In this document: piece after piece, positions 31,188 through 32,000 of the stretch
How positions within the stretch are numbered: the stretch's first letter is position 1
How the letters are laid out: the number at the start of each line of letters is the position of its first letter
Translations under genes and position numbers: made by a program
DNA from: Wolbachia endosymbiont of Onchocerca ochengi
GTDB lineage: Bacteria > Pseudomonadota > Alphaproteobacteria > Rickettsiales > Anaplasmataceae
Assembly (NCBI RefSeq): GCF_000306885.1
Contig: NC_018267.1
Span: 600,001 to 632,000 of the forward strand
Direction of reading: 5' to 3'
Length of the DNA stretch: 32,000 nt
The notes under the pieces: generated by a model
What the model saw: the letters and a program-made list of their open reading frames with translations, nothing else
What the model was told of the DNA's origin: nothing
The model's database searches: none

Positions 31188-32000
31188 CTATGTTGGAAAA
31201 TAATAAGCTTTGAGCTTACTAAAACTTTCTTCAGCATGATATGATGACCTGGTTAATGGACTTGATGCAACCATTAGAAATCCTTTAGAATAAGCAATAT
31301 ATTTATAATGCTCAAATTCTTCTGGGGTAATATATCTATCAACTTTTGCATGTTTTGGAGTTGGCTGCAGGTATTGACCTATTGTTATAAAATCAACTTC
31401 AGCATTTCGTAAATCATCCATGACCTGAAGTACCTCTTCTTTTGTTTCTCCAAGACCAACCATGAGCCCTGATTTTGTGAAAAGTTTAGGATTAGTCTGC
31501 TTTACCATTTTCAACAAATACAATGAATGAAAATAACGTGCCCTTGGCCTTATCTTTGCATATAACCTTGGCACTGTTTCAATATTGTGGTTATAGACAT
31601 CAGGTGATGCAACAGCAATTGCTTCAAATGCACCTTTTTTATTTAAAAAATCGGGAGTTAAAATTTCTATTGTTGTTTCTGGAGTAATCTTTCTAATTTC
31701 TTCTATACACTTTACGAATTGACTTACGCCACCATCTAATAAATCATCACGGTCAACGGAGGTAATGACAACATATTTCAAGTTTAATTTTTTTATTGCC
31801 CTTGCTAAATTTTCTGGTTCGTGAGGGTCTAATTTATCAGGGGTACCAGTTGCAACGTTACAAAACGCACAAGCACGAGTGCAAACAGAACCAAGAATCA
31901 TCATAGCAGCGTGATGTTTGTTCCAGCATTCACCAATGTTTGGGCAAGCGGCTTTCTCGCACACTGTATGTAAGTTATACTGTTTAACAGTGTTTAAGGT
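31188..32000 (-). CDS. lipA: Lipoyl synthase, N-terminus beyond window
   Basis: Open to the window edge: [52 protein letters not shown], with both Cys clusters (CX4CX5C and CX3CX2C); ...[13 protein letters not shown]. Confidence 0.96.
   Translation of the reverse strand, partial: TLNTVKQYNLHTVCEKAACPNIGECWNKHHAAMMILGSVCTRACAFCNVATGTPDKLDPHEPENLARAIKKLNLKYVVITSVDRDDLLDGGVSQFVKCIEEIRKITPETTIEILTPDFLNKKGAFEAIAVASPDVYNHNIETVPRLYAKIRPRARYFHSLYLLKMVKQTNPKLFTKSGLMVGLGETKEEVLQVMDDLRNAEVDFITIGQYLQPTPKHAKVDRYITPEEFEHYKYIAYSKGFLMVASSPLTRSSYHAEESFSKLKAYYFPT

Overview
This window looks like chromosomal DNA from an AT-rich, Wolbachia-type (Rickettsiales, Anaplasmataceae) endosymbiont. That call rests on gene content and protein character only; no database search was run. 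It is mostly core metabolism and housekeeping. In order: partial lepA (-), malonyl-CoA decarboxylase (-), a roughly 2.4 kb coding-poor tract, M23 peptidase (-), YebC-family regulator (-), BamD-like (-), a second decayed tract, pgsA (-), malic enzyme (+), bolA and monothiol glutaredoxin (+), petB/petC (+), uvrB (+), a minus-strand folate cluster (folB, folK-folP fusion, folA, and a COG1478/CofE-like gene in the place of folC), ligA (-), surE (+), a coding-poor 1 kb tract with stem-loops, a split pleD (-), a TatB-like gene (-), the large NAD-glutamate dehydrogenase (-), clpB (-) and partial lipA (-). No CRISPR array, prophage, transposase, rRNA or tRNA could be supported. The most interesting observations are: (1) a CADD/PqqC-like gene remnant, homologous to the chlamydial protein linked to pABA synthesis, directly upstream of the folate genes, carrying an in-frame stop and an apparent internal deletion; (2) pleD split by what looks like a one-base frameshift in a GA-rich run; (3) Asn in place of the phosphoacceptor Asp in PleD receiver domain 1, with Asp present in receiver 2; (4) a decayed, multi-frameshifted gene of unknown family at about 3456-3971 that the ORF track only partly shows. 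I did not find convincing evidence of an entirely new biological system.
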